From contig CM082586.2 in the NCBI GenBank assembly GCA_040954595.2, positions 1,555,124 to 1,619,123 of the forward strand: 64,000 bases of DNA, written 5' to 3'. The notes beneath the pieces are model-generated. The model was given only the letters and a program-made list of their open reading frames with translations, was not told the origin of the DNA and ran no database searches. Below, one piece after another: positions 51,467-64,000 of the stretch; positions within the stretch are counted from its first letter, which is position 1; every line of letters starts with the position of its first letter. The DNA comes from Balanoglossus misakiensis (Eukaryota > Animalia > Hemichordata). The translations under genes were made by a program, and so were the position numbers.

Positions 51467-54400
51467 GTAAATTACCTTTTAACAATAGCACATTTTATAC
51501 TCCCACGCGATGATGCTGGCTCGCTTCATCTGAGCGTCTTTGCATCTCTATTTAAGGGGGGGGGGGGAAGAGTCTAAGCATTGGATGACTCCTCTGACCG
51601 GCTTTCATCTGTCACCATATTTTATTATTAGCACGCCAGAGAATCCTCGAATAGTTCAAAGTTCTGTGCACTCTAGACTGCCCTGCATTTCGGCCGACAG
51701 AGTGCCCCCACTCCGAACTTTCAGAGCCCCGGCAGAAATTCCGCACCCTCTTCCTGTGTTTATTTTCGTAACACGAGCCGAACCCCGGCTATATTCTGTT
51801 GAGTAATCTTTCTTGTCTTCCCAGTTGCGCAGAGAATTCCCTCTGACGTTTTATGACATGCCCCATTTGACGTTGGCATTTGGGGATTTATTTTTCTATC
51901 GTTGACATGTTAAAATGGCCACGAGTGCGCAGATCGATATGAATATCGACCGTACGAGTCGGCCTGTTTTAACGTCATAATGCCAACAAGTGATTGATGC
52001 AATCACACACGGATTGTCACTCAGACTTCTATCCTCAAGAGCCGTGATAATTACCTCATACGGCGTCACAGACAACCAATTAACGTCATTGTTTTACCAA
52101 TTAATTAAACACCAAGCACGTCTAAAATGTTAATGGGGGGAAAACACTTGAAAGTGCGTAGATGTGCCGCTGATATGAAATCCCTAGAGGAACCCTCATG
52201 CGCGTTTCTGAAGTCAAGTCTGAGACTTCATTAACGCACAACAGTACAACACTGTGGTCATCGTTACAAATCTGTATAGGATGGTCGACCGCATATCACG
52301 CCCACCACCACCACAACCACACAGAACGTTGGTGGACTGTGATCCGCTGAGAGAACGAGCCCCATCATGTAACGTTACATCACAGCTCTATTTACACGGC
52401 CAGGCAAATCTGTCCAAATAAGACGACATCCTTTGTCAATGAAGCCTGCGATAGTTGCTTTAGTATCACGGTCCCCAATCAAAGCAGGAAGACACACCTC
52501 CATTACAATGAAAGTGAATCCGAGATTTGTAATACCTCACACAACCATTGTCACTACACAGCCCTTACTCCTAGTGAACGTGCCCACCACAATAGACAAC
52601 GGATTGTAATACTTCGTATAACAACGTCAAACTTGTTCGGTTTTCAAATTTTGTCAAAGAAAATGTTGTTTGACCCATTTTTTCAGACCAGGTGCGCTTT
52701 GTCAAACGTGATTTTAAACCCAGCACAGTGTATCACAGGCATTTACTTTGATCCCTTGTTATTTAAATTCTAATGAACCCAAAAAGCTCAACCAAGCAGT
52801 AAAGCACCCAGCCACGGATGCCATACTTCAATATAGTACAGCAAACCAGAAAAAAACATACGGTATAGTGGAGGTGAAACATTATCATGGATATCTATGT
52901 ACAACACTGTATATCTACTCAGTCATGGAACCGACCGTTACCCCTGTGAGAGAAAGAGGGGGAGCAGACAGACAGACTGAGGCAGAGAGAGGCCCCAAGT
53001 TGTTAGCTGATGTTTCTCTACTTATTGTGCGCCCATTTCTCTTTTTGGAGAGCGACTTAAACTTGGGGAAAGAGAGAGAGCATTGTTCATTTTGTTAATG
53101 CGGTTTTCGCCCGTTGGCGTTTGCGGTGATCGGTGGTGCGTGGAAAGGGAAATAAAGTGACAACCGTGCGAATCATGACGGCTGAGTTGAGTTCGACATT
53201 CAGCTGTGTCGAGATCTCACGTCAGCATCTTTGGAAGCGACAAAAACGTCTTAATAAGTGAACACCTTTCCACAGCATCGTGATCATTCCAGTAGGGGGG
53301 GGGGGGGGGCGTGGTTGACACATAGCTGGTAAATGTACCTGAATGCACACTGTGCGTCTTTTGTACAATTGCCATTTAAGGTGTAACTGTTCACCGCTAA
53401 GTCTATCCCTGGCTCAATTAACATGGACGAGTTCTGACATGACGCCACGAATCGAGATATTATTAAAACAAAGTGCTGTCATCTTTTGAACATACGATAT
53501 CCATCGTACTTAAGTGCGGGCATACCTAACGCGTCCAAAGACATCTAAAATGTTTAAAAAAACCTCTCGTGTTTATTAATGTTTTCCTGTTGAATATTAA
53601 ATATTTAATTCAATATTTAATATTTCCTTCGCAAGTTGTCTTGCATGCCAATATGTTTTTACTAATTAGCGAAGTGGGACAAACATCACCGTGATGCGTG
53701 GCACGGAGAATTTCCCTCGGGACTGTTATAGTCTACACAGCAGTCTAATTTAATTCAAAATGGTCTCTCGTGCGTTTGCATGAGGGTCACGGGTATCCTT
53801 TACACCTGGTCCGTTCGGAAACTGATCATATTTCATGTACTCCCAACACGATGTTCGATAACGACCCCCAGACTTTTCAATATCGTCATTATTACTCGCC
53901 TTTCAATTCATTCATTTTCATTAAAAGGAGTGCGCACATAATGCTGTCAAATCAACCGTCTGCAGAATTCCCGAACGCCATGCACAGAAACAAGGCCGCC
54001 ATGTTGGAGGCTTCTGCAGTTATTTTCATTGGAGAATAATTGATCTTGCTCTGCTCAATATAACCTGCTCAATCATCACCCGTCACAGAACTCTAACGTA
54101 ATTCTCGTTACTAGTCTAAGACGTGTACAATGATGAATTACATATTACCTGTATTGCTGGAATGTTGAAATAAATTACTCGACATCCATGCTCAATTTAG
54201 TTCCTATAATTATTATATTTGCATCTGATTAATATTTTGACAGCCGGTAAAACAAGCCCGTGAGAAAATATCGCCAATATTAATTCGAATTATAGATGCA
54301 TATATCTGGAGGCGTTGATGCAAGTGTGGCGGGGGCCGGGAAGACAAACCTATTTCGAAATTCCCGCCGTCAGTGCCATGTTCGACGTGATACTCTCGGT

Positions 54401-57400
54401 TGGCGATGCACGTTGATGCAAAGATTTACAACCGGCCATGTCAAAGTGCCATATTTTACACCGTCTTAAAGAGTCCCATCACTCATTTAGACATTGATAT
54501 CCGTTATTTATACACTTAAGACATATCATAACTCCAATCCAAATCGAGTTTTGATTGATTCACAACTCAACACCGAGAACGCAGGCTGACCCTGAGCCAT
54601 GATTTACGTCTACCGTAGGCCCGCTCCGTACCAATAAATTTTCATCGCGTTTTCTCAAGTAAATATTTAACAAACTGCGGAGTTGTGTTTGCCTTTTTAT
54701 CTCTCTGTGTGTCTTTGATTCGGACTAAATCGATCCATACGTCACTAATAACACTTGTCTGGCACTATATTACGGTTTATTATAAATATGCGCGTGATGT
54801 ACGAGGTCTTGATAACTCTGTCACCCCCGTGACCCGGATCAAGGGTCACCGGCCATCGATAATGGTTCAAAGCAATCGTGCAGTCGAACTCCTGCGCCCA
54901 AAGTCTATCTTTCTGTTCTCTTTCTGTTTCTACCCGACGAATATCTAACGTGCAAGCATCTGCCGTGTCAAACACTTAAAGGGGACCATACAATTTGAAT
55001 TTGGAGACAGGCAGACAGACAGACAGACAGGTAGTTTACATTCGTGACCATGTGCTCTTAAACGAATTGCTCTCTGTCCTCCAGGTCAACTCCAACTCTT
55101 ATTTAACTAATTTGACTAGATTAATTCTATTTTCACTTCTCAACAGACAGGGCACTCAGTGCCATCTGTTCTCGCTATTTCACAAACCCGCCGCCCGTCT
55201 GGTCAAATCACACCCTTTCAATCTGATTCAATGTTCATATTACTCAACGGCTTAAGACGTCTGGCTCCGTCATAAAAACGAGACAAAATCATGCTACATA
55301 AGTTGGAAATACCAACAGTGGCCACTTGATGAAGATAGCAGATATATATTTCAAAAGCGCGTGTTTTTCCGCTTACCACCGGAGATTCCAACTAACCAAA
55401 TACTCCCCGATGACCCGAAACTTTCGATTGCCAGTTTCACATGCAATATTACAGCACAGAGGTCGGTGATTGGGCACAGAATTTACTGTCAGAGTCTGAC
55501 CCGGAAATATGCAGGAACGTTACGAGCATAACGGGGAAATTAAAGCAACGTGCTGCCTTTTAAATTATTTGACCTACAGACACAGAACGACGTGGAGAAG
55601 TGGCCGCCGCCATTTTGAATTCGTTTTCAGATTTGACGAAAGCCAGAGAGACTGAGTGTCTCATTTTGGTGTTCCGCTCCCGAAAATTGGGGTTACCCAC
55701 CGCGAGTGTTCACCTGCATATCAGATTTACACCTCGATTACCCCTGACTTACACGGTTCCCTTTCCTCAAGAGAATATTCCGGAAATTGGGAAATGAAGT
55801 AACGATATCAATTTAATGCCTAGAAATCCCAACGGGCGCCGACAGATATTATGGATGGACTTCACGTTCTCGTGCTTGTTCAAGCGAGTTGTATATCACA
55901 CAAGATACTGTGTCACGCCGTACATTGTATCCTTCTACGCGACAGGATTCTAAACGTAAACTTTCAGAGAAACGTTCGACCAAATCTCGCCAAATTGGCC
56001 AGATTTCCAGTAGAATTGTTGTGACAATCATTTGAAAATTTGCGCCATGGCGTTGCATCGAGGATTTTAGTGGCCACCCTTCTAATTAAAACCGCACACA
56101 CACGCGCCACATTCCACAGAAAAGACGTCACACGTGAAGCTCCACGAGAGAGAAAACAAATTCGATTCTGCCGAACAATTTGATGTATGTGATTAAATAT
56201 TTGGTATGATGGCGCATGCGTTGGTCAAAACACACTGGGAAACCTAAAGACAGTTCATCAGTTATGCACGACGCACTTATATACAAAAGAATGACCTTGG
56301 TTTGTCCAACAGCACTTGGGAAGATGAATGATACACACTGCATTAAATTTTGTCCCTGACCGGATTTTATCACACCAGTTCAACGCCCGGCATTGAAGTA
56401 AAATTAGCACAGAATTGTGGAAATCATGCCTTTTTACTAGCTGAGTTGAGAAACTGCCATCTTTTGGAAATGAAATCATTTGATTAAGCTATTGCACAGA
56501 AATTATGCAGTCAACCCGTCCGTAACTGAATAATACAACAGCTCTTTTAATCACAACTTCATTCCAATCCGTTGAAATCCCTCAGTGCGATTAACTCTGG
56601 AATTTAATGTCCAATTGTCGTTAATCCTGGACAGCCAGTCGTCTCAATATTAATGCAACAAAGCAGGCCACAATAAAACAAGTCCCCTGCCTCCCACGTG
56701 AGACACGTTCGATGCCGGAAGCCATTTTGCTGACAATGCTGATTTTCAAAATCCTGGATAAAAATGGAGGCCGATTGAACTGTCGTCTTCTGACACAAGT
56801 ATCAGTTTACCAAAGTACTTCCTCTTTAAAATATATATGTCATCGTCTTGTACACCCACACAGTGATGTGTGTATCGACAGAGTTAATATTGGATGATAT
56901 TATGATATTTAAAGGAAAACGGGCAAAGCGATGTTGCAATTCAGGGCTATAAGATCAAATCATTACGTCATCAGAACACTGTGATATTTATTTTAAGTCA
57001 ACTCTGCCAACACTATCGAAGAATGCAAAAAATGCCATGTAAAATAATAACACGAGTGGTGTTTTTCTAGTGATCATCTACCTATTTGACCTTTCCATTC
57101 AATATAGTTTTAGTTCCTCGCAAATAACGTTTAACATTTGCTCACCTATTTTTGGTTTAGTCATGGTGGTCTGGGGTCATTTTACTGTATTTTTGGTGAA
57201 TGAAGTTTCCTGTTGCTGGTTTGCCTTCATCGTGTGATTAGGTATACAACGGAGACAATCCTAGATCACTATCAACCTCACTACAAGGGTTTACGGGTCA
57301 CACACACACATACCTGCGAGCCGATGCGAATAATTGAGTTTCATGTGGCATCGGATGAATTTGTTTACTAAACTTTACGCTCTGATTAGTGCTATGATGT

Positions 57401-58404
57401 TGGTTTTTGGGTTTGTTTGTTTATAAATAGCGCATGCTTCGTCAATTGTGGAGAACGTTTCTCGCTGAAATAGTTCATGCAGACGAAAATAACTTACCTT
57501 TAACGGAGAATGTGTGTACACAACACAATATCCAGAAATATCGTACAGATCAATTGATTTCTGCGAAACTGCGAAGACATTTTTGCAAATTTCTTGTTTT
57601 CTGCAAAATAATAAAAATAATAAAGTAGATTAGAGAAATGTAATTCGGGTTGTTTTCGAGATCTTATGACTACACAGTCGTATCAGTCTCATATTCATAC
57701 CAACGAAACTGCAGGATGCTGAGTTTCACAGGGGTCGAGCAAATGGCCAACAGGCAGCACTTGCGGATCCGTCACAGCTGAAAGTCATATCAAATATCTA
57801 TATAACTAACGAGGATGCCAGACTGAAGCTGTTCTGCATATTGTGTTCACGCCATACGCGATATTTGGCGTCATTTATAATATCTGTAATATGAGTTATT
57901 GTTCCCGTTGCTTTCACCAATTCTAATCGCGTGACAACCGGCCTGGGCAGATTATAACTGTAAACCTATCCTTGAGAATGAGAGTTAATATCAGACGGTG
58001 CAAATGACACTGCTTGTTGTGTACAAGGAACTATTCGACCAATAGTGTCAATATTTAATACTAGTGTGATTAAAATGAGAACCAGTAGTTCATTTCCGTT
58101 AATTTGCTCATAGCATGTTGCCGGCAAACACGCCCTTGTCGTTGATTATTGAACGTTGTAAAGTAATATCTTCTTGTGCACGAGGGGTGCCGTGATTCCT
58201 GTATCGAGGAAGGTCATCATCATCCATGGGGTTTATCGATAGTGGTTCTCTTATTTTCCGCGATGAAATCGACGCCGATTGGGTTACAAATTGGGTTACA
58301 AAGGGAACGTTCTTCCGAAAGAATAATTTAGGGCACCAGTATTGAATTATGCAATCGCTTCCGTGAACATCGACTATTTTAAATTTAATAGTACAGTTTT
58401 AAAC

Positions 58405-58513
58405 CCTTTTCTCACGTGCCGTCAACGCCGCCCCAGCGGCGGCGCTAGGGCGGCGTTAATTTGTAAGTGCCACGTGTGAAAAGGTGAGAGCGGCCCTGCG
58501 CCGCTCTTTTTTT
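58405..58513. mobile_element. Palindromic MITE-like element (possibly PIF/Harbinger-derived) in the SOGA intron
   Basis: Outer arms CCTTTTCTCACGTG / CACGTGTGAAAAGG (1 mismatch); inner arms AACGCCGCCC / GGGCGGCGTT; then a second hairpin AGAGCGGC-CCTGC-GCCGCTCT plus a T-run. The family assignment is inference. Confidence 0.5.
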
Positions 58514-61500
58514 GTGACGGTGTTGAGGGGTGGGACCTGGGTCGGGGCGCCGCACTAAACAGCGATTCAAATCACGTGTGAACAGAAACACCGCACTAAA
58601 CGCCGATCTAAACGCACTCTTCCTCTTCCGACGCGGTTTGAGGGGATACAAGTGGCAGTTTCTAATGAGCTTGCATGTAAAATTACCCCTCTGAAAAGAG
58701 CGATGTTTAGCACCTTGCTTAGTCAACGGTCAATTTGCCTTGTTGCTGATGGTCATCAGTAAAATGAGGAGCCCCAAAACCTACAGGCAAAGCCTTGAGG
58801 TAGTCGGAACTTACTGCAGCTGGGGCTCTGCTGAAAAAATTGAGACGCCCAGTGGAAGTGGTAGTGAAACTTGTAGCAAAGTTCACGGTGATAATTGCTA
58901 GGCAACTAGGTCTTGCCATTGTCTGGCTAAAAATACATCCCTGTGCGTGAATAAATTAAAAACGTCTTTGTCCCAAGGGACCAACTCAAAGCCACATCCC
59001 GGTATGCTTTTACTACTAGCATGGAGTCATGCTACTAGTATATTACGCACTGGTTTCAAAGCTGTAAGACTCACAGGCGGTACAGTAGAAGCGCTTATAC
59101 TTATAGGATGACTGTACAAAAACTGGAAAAGTGTGGATTTTCTCGGATCTTCCATTTATTTGATGTGGAACAACAAATGGGACAAGTGGCGAAATGTGTC
59201 CTTGATTTTCAATCGCACCATGAAGCCTATTTGAACCTAATTTGCATAAATGTCCGAGTGCGGTGATCCCGTCCCTTTTATACACATGTGAATGCAAAAC
59301 TATTTGAGTCGCTGATAAGAAATGTTTACCAACTTTTATAATCCAAAAAAGGGCGACCTAATCATTGCACGTGTGCAAGCGACTTTAATATCTGCGGGTT
59401 TCTATTGACCCTCAACGACTGACCTTCGAACACATATAGCGTCGCTGCGGTTGCGAAGTTTGTGTTATTCTGCTCGTAATACCCCGCACGCGTACAAATT
59501 AATTGCTCGCCTTGTGTGATTACGTAAGCCACTTGAGCGTGACCTCGGTGATCCTATTATGTTCACGCACCCCCTGTGGGGGATCCGTGGGAGACGTCCT
59601 ACCAATAACAGACCATGTGGTAGGTCCACGACAGACAGAATGGCCCGGTCGGGTCGGAAAAAACGACGCAACCCTCCGCAGATAAATTTCTCCTATACAT
59701 TTTGATGTAGGAAGTGATCGTGTGAGTTGAGGCGTCAATCTTGATACACCTCACGGCAGTGGATCAAGTTCGCAATAAGCGCTTGATAGCATTATCGTGT
59801 ATTACAGAAAACGCATATTTTACACAGCTGTGTGTTTATACCACGGAGTGACTCCAGATGGTCGGTAGAACTGTCTGGTATTAAATTCCTAGCTGACTCC
59901 AGGCGGGTTTTGCTTTTGAAGTACTCAGTGCTTCAAAATAAGTGAAGTATGCGCTGCATATGTATACAATAACAGCGTGTTATTTCACGCTAACGATCGG
60001 ACGAGGAGAGAGGCAACCAGCGAGGTGTCTCGCGTGTTGGTCAACTCATGGGTGTTATTGTAAGATCCCATGAACGGACACGCCCACGTTTGGTATCAAC
60101 ACCAGTTTTGCAAGAGTATACCCCCCCCCCCGAAAAAAACATCATCCTTTAGATTTATACATAGACCCTGGAAAACCCAAGGGCTCAGCTTATGACATAC
60201 ATAAACATGTACAAGCAGTTTCAATGTTGTCCGTCTATTACATAATCATGGTACCTTTCCCACGACATCGACGTACAATATTTTTATTTCCCACGGTTCC
60301 GAGTCCCAGGGACAATAATTAGTGACGACATGTCACTACAAGACGTTTGTCGTCGCGTCATTGTCGAGTCTTTTGTTTGTTTTTGTGGTTATGCAAGAAG
60401 TACCTACAGCTGGGTCGAGGTGCCACACATTCCACATATTGGCCGCGTCATCTTTCATTAACAATTCCCCATTTTCCGTATCACAAATTTACATATTGTT
60501 GTTCAAAACCCTTGCGTACAGCTTCAAGGCATCATATGACCGATAGCCTACGCTTAAAAGCAGGCCAATCTCCGTACCCTGGGAATATCGCTATCGCATT
60601 TCCACTTCGTTGGACGAGGATCATCCTCTGGTCAATATACAAGTATTCCCTGGTGAAAATCTACATAAACCGAAAACACGTATCATAAATCTACGTCTGT
60701 ATTCTGTCTCTCTAAATATCACCAGTGCATCTCAAACGCCCACCGGCTAATCGATCACCGACGCCAACATAAAACACACACAATTTCACTTTCATCCCAA
60801 TGATGAATTTGGTAGTCTCATCGGTTGCTTAGCAACCAATGTGGCAGAGCTACGATGTCATACGTCGGACAACCTACGCATCTGGTCGCCACCAATGCGA
60901 CGTTCCCCTGTGAACTCTGTGTGTGTCTTATTGATTACCCTATTATACGCCAAGAAATGTTTATTTTCCATTAAGCTAGATTGAATGAACACGCAGGATC
61001 AACTGTCTCCAAAGCCGAACCGAGGCACGACACAGGATTTACACGACAATATTTGCCGTCTTGTAAATGGACGACGAGTACAGGCCAATTTTATCGTAGA
61101 GCATGCGCAACCGTGATGTTTAGTTCTGATAATACCTGAGTGTTTCTCGAATTCCCGAGTTTGGAAAAATCTCGATGATTATCTGACGGCGCATATCATC
61201 TAGTGATCTTTCTACTCCGTCAATGTTTTAAGTGGTTCTTTCTTTTCCTGTGTGGTCATAACAGACCAGTTTACAAACATCATCATATATCACCCCATAT
61301 TCATAAAACACTGTGTATATAAACGTTTTTGACATGTGAATATTTAATTGGAGTGTAATTGATATTCTTGGCTTTCTTTATGTTTCTGTAATGACTTCAT
61401 GTATGACAAGATGACACTGTCAGTGCAATATCTTTGTTATAAATCACAAACATTCACGGCTCATTACCTTCGCTATAATTTTTATCTGGTCACAGATCAT

Positions 61501-63742
61501 GAAAATTTTATGTAACACCGAATAAGACGTCCAAATTACTTTCTCTTGTATTTTATCAAATGCTTGCAGCCTATTTTGTTGGACAATATTATAGAGAAAT
61601 AATTATTACTCTAGCTTCGGAAAGAACAACTGGCATTTGACGTTTTCAGAACAAAGCAGAATTGTGTGGTAAATGCAAATTGCTGTGGGGGACCGCGGGT
61701 AAGATTTTCTGCACTGTGATAGGCGACTTTACACGACCCCATAAATCAAATCGCTATGTTGAACAACATTTAGACGTGCCTGTAATATCTGACTACAAAC
61801 AGTTGTAGGACTTGCGTGGAAGATTTTCATTCCTTATTGACCTACATAATTATTTCATGGTCCTCGCAGTTTTCGAAACAATCTGACGTATGCGTGTGGA
61901 GTCGCTCCTTCTCCGCTACGTCAGTCCGTTCGATTGGTTGACACGATGTGCGATTTGACACGGTGGGGTTTACACACAGGTGCCAGAAAGACAGGCCGAC
62001 ATCTCAGTGGGGACAGATCTGTCTGAACAGGTTGCATGCTTTGCTTGGCAGCGGGTGTTCGCAGAGCACGTGGTGATCCTACTTTCAAGGACATGTCACG
62101 AGTGATCAATCTTTCGTTTGGGGATCGCCCCTGTCATTCGGCGAGATTGTCTACTGAATAGATATACGCACTATAATTGTTTTCTGGTCGTGTAGATTTA
62201 TATCCGACCGAGGATAGGCTTTTTCAAGTCTTCTGGCGACAGGCAGTCAATTGTACATGCAACCCCTTGTTAGAAAGCCCCTCTGATTAACGCACCGGCG
62301 TGGTCGCCGGGTGGGAACCGTTTTGACCTGACGAGCCTCTCGTCGGCTCGTGTAACAGAACTCGATGACCAGAATGCAAATTTACATAGCGCTTCGCACT
62401 CAGTGTTTTTATTGGCGTTTTGTGTCCTTATTTGTTTGCACAGATCACGGTGACCGTGCACAGATATGACAAAAGTGCGTATAAGTGGGTTAGTGTTGAC
62501 AGGGTCGAGGGAGGTCACCCATTCAGAGCTTAAAATGTTCTCGCTAAAAATAAATGACCGAAACGGTGGTCTATTTTGGACTGTAAATGTGCGAAGTGAT
62601 CCTTAAACACCAAATTGACGCCATGTTGAGTAGCTGAGAAGAACAATTTGAAGGGTGACGCACTTTGAGCTATTGATGCGCACGCACATCAGATCGCGAA
62701 CATTCCCATGCCGTGATATTGGCAGTAACAGCGGCAGGTTTTATAGCAGACGATAATCGATTTACGCCACCCTTGGGAGATCTTGGGTTAAACACCCGTA
62801 TGCTCAATCACAGGGCGATTTCTCTCGTTTAGTTGAAAAGAGTACAAAGATCGAGGGCCTTTTGGTAATCGTGTAGTTGGAGCGTTATACGACGCCAACG
62901 ACGTCAGTTGTAGGGCACTTTACCTTGCCATGCGTCAACCAACTTTAAGAGAGATGTGATAAATTTAATATGACCCTGAAGCCTTCAAACTTTGACCAAT
63001 GATATCCTCAGTGCATGGGCCTAGGTGAAATTAACAGGGAGAGGCTAATATCAGGGACCAATAAAATATTTCCATGCATCTCATTTAAAAAAAAAACATT
63101 CCCAGCCGAAATTCGGCTGTCAGCACTAACAATGCCTGATGCACAATATACCGGCTGTTTGACCAACCCGACACAAACCGAAACTGTAGTTCACATACAT
63201 AACAACATTACTGAGAAATTATTAAAACACTCCACAGTACGAACTAAAATGTTGACACAGAAATGTGGCACATTTTCTCACTGCACGATCCATGACCGAG
63301 AAAGCAAATACAACACACGGGCATGACGCATGCTCGAAGCGTCCTAAATTCTAACCACTAACCACAAAATTCCAATTAAAAAGGGAAACATGTCATAAAT
63401 TCCTGAGTGACAGTTAATCTATTGTCTTGCTCAGGCATCGATACAGCCCTGTTTTCGTTGAATCTGAACCCTATGGCAGTTACATGTCATAAACGCTAAC
63501 TCTAATAAACAATATAGAGGCCAAGCACAATATGCGCCCGTTCGATATTGAAACTGACTAACATTTATTTGCGGTGTGGTTTATAACCGCCTGTGTTTTA
63601 TGTCGTGTTCGTCATTGTTAGTGTTCATTTGTTTTGTTTGTCTGCTATTAATGTATGCGTGTGGTCGCACTAACTGTTACTATTAAACCGCCATCGACAA
63701 AATTTACATTTTTGTCTTCTTTTGTATTTTTATTGCATGCAG

Positions 63743-63757
63743 CTTCATAGGAAAGAA
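63743..63757 (+). CDS. Candidate 15-nt phase 0-0 microexon (LHRKE) of the SOGA/MTCL gene
   Basis: Long pyrimidine tract, then TGCATGCAG|CTTCATAGGAAAGAA|GTAAGT; frame-compatible with the phase 0 donor at 51466. Confidence 0.55.
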
Positions 63758-64000
63758 GTAAGTATGAGAGGAATTTCTGCCCTACTAACTGTAACACACA
63801 GCAAACTCACACAGCTTTGAGAGTGTCTTTGTTGTCACGGTAACAGTGAATCATTTAAATGACCTGCTAACACCTTAACTTCATGCGACCGGGCGCGCTC
63901 GCCCTGGAGAAAAGAAAGAATGTCCAGCGCCAGGAATGTAAATATTGAGTTTAGTGTGCGAAACGGCCATACACTCCGTTTGATTTCAAAAAACGGTCTG

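Noticed and set aside
44907-51577. ORF-track C-terminal tails of the 858-aa and 667-aa ORFs (VTQIFRC…, VNYLLTI…)
   Set aside because: They are read-through into introns after the donors at 44907 and 51467.
58488-58513. Rho-independent terminator-like hairpin plus T-run
   Set aside because: It lies in a eukaryotic intron and is better explained as part of the palindromic element.
51540-63326. Short ORFs (60-116 aa) and an isolated donor at ~61699 in the long SOGA intron
   Set aside because: No coding-like composition, domain or paired splice signals that I could support.

Overview
Eukaryotic (intron-containing) DNA, most likely from a marine invertebrate deuterostome (inferred from gene content only). 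From left to right: (1) the 3' part of a gel-forming mucin gene on + (15 exons, 2..9148: two CysD/WxxW domains, Thr-rich PTS blocks, a tandemly duplicated GDPH-VWD/C8/TIL module, and a C-terminal cystine knot); (2) a ~23 kb array of an 87-bp satellite (~265 copies) starting ~190 bp after the mucin poly(A) signal, with an apparent 23-mer higher-order repeat at its left end, followed by ~5 copies of a diverged relative and a (TATG)n microsatellite; (3) a 350-aa ORF with no recognisable domain; (4) an SMB-domain secretin/adhesion-class GPCR with no visible GPS motif; (5) the first large coding exon of a SOGA/MTCL-family coiled-coil gene, then a long intron containing a palindromic MITE-like element and a candidate 15-nt microexon. 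There is no CRISPR array, and no rRNA, tRNA or autonomous transposon that I can recognise. All ORFs in 9.8-33.7 kb are repeat artefacts. Gene models were built by hand from GT-AG signals and phase matching and have not been checked against transcripts.
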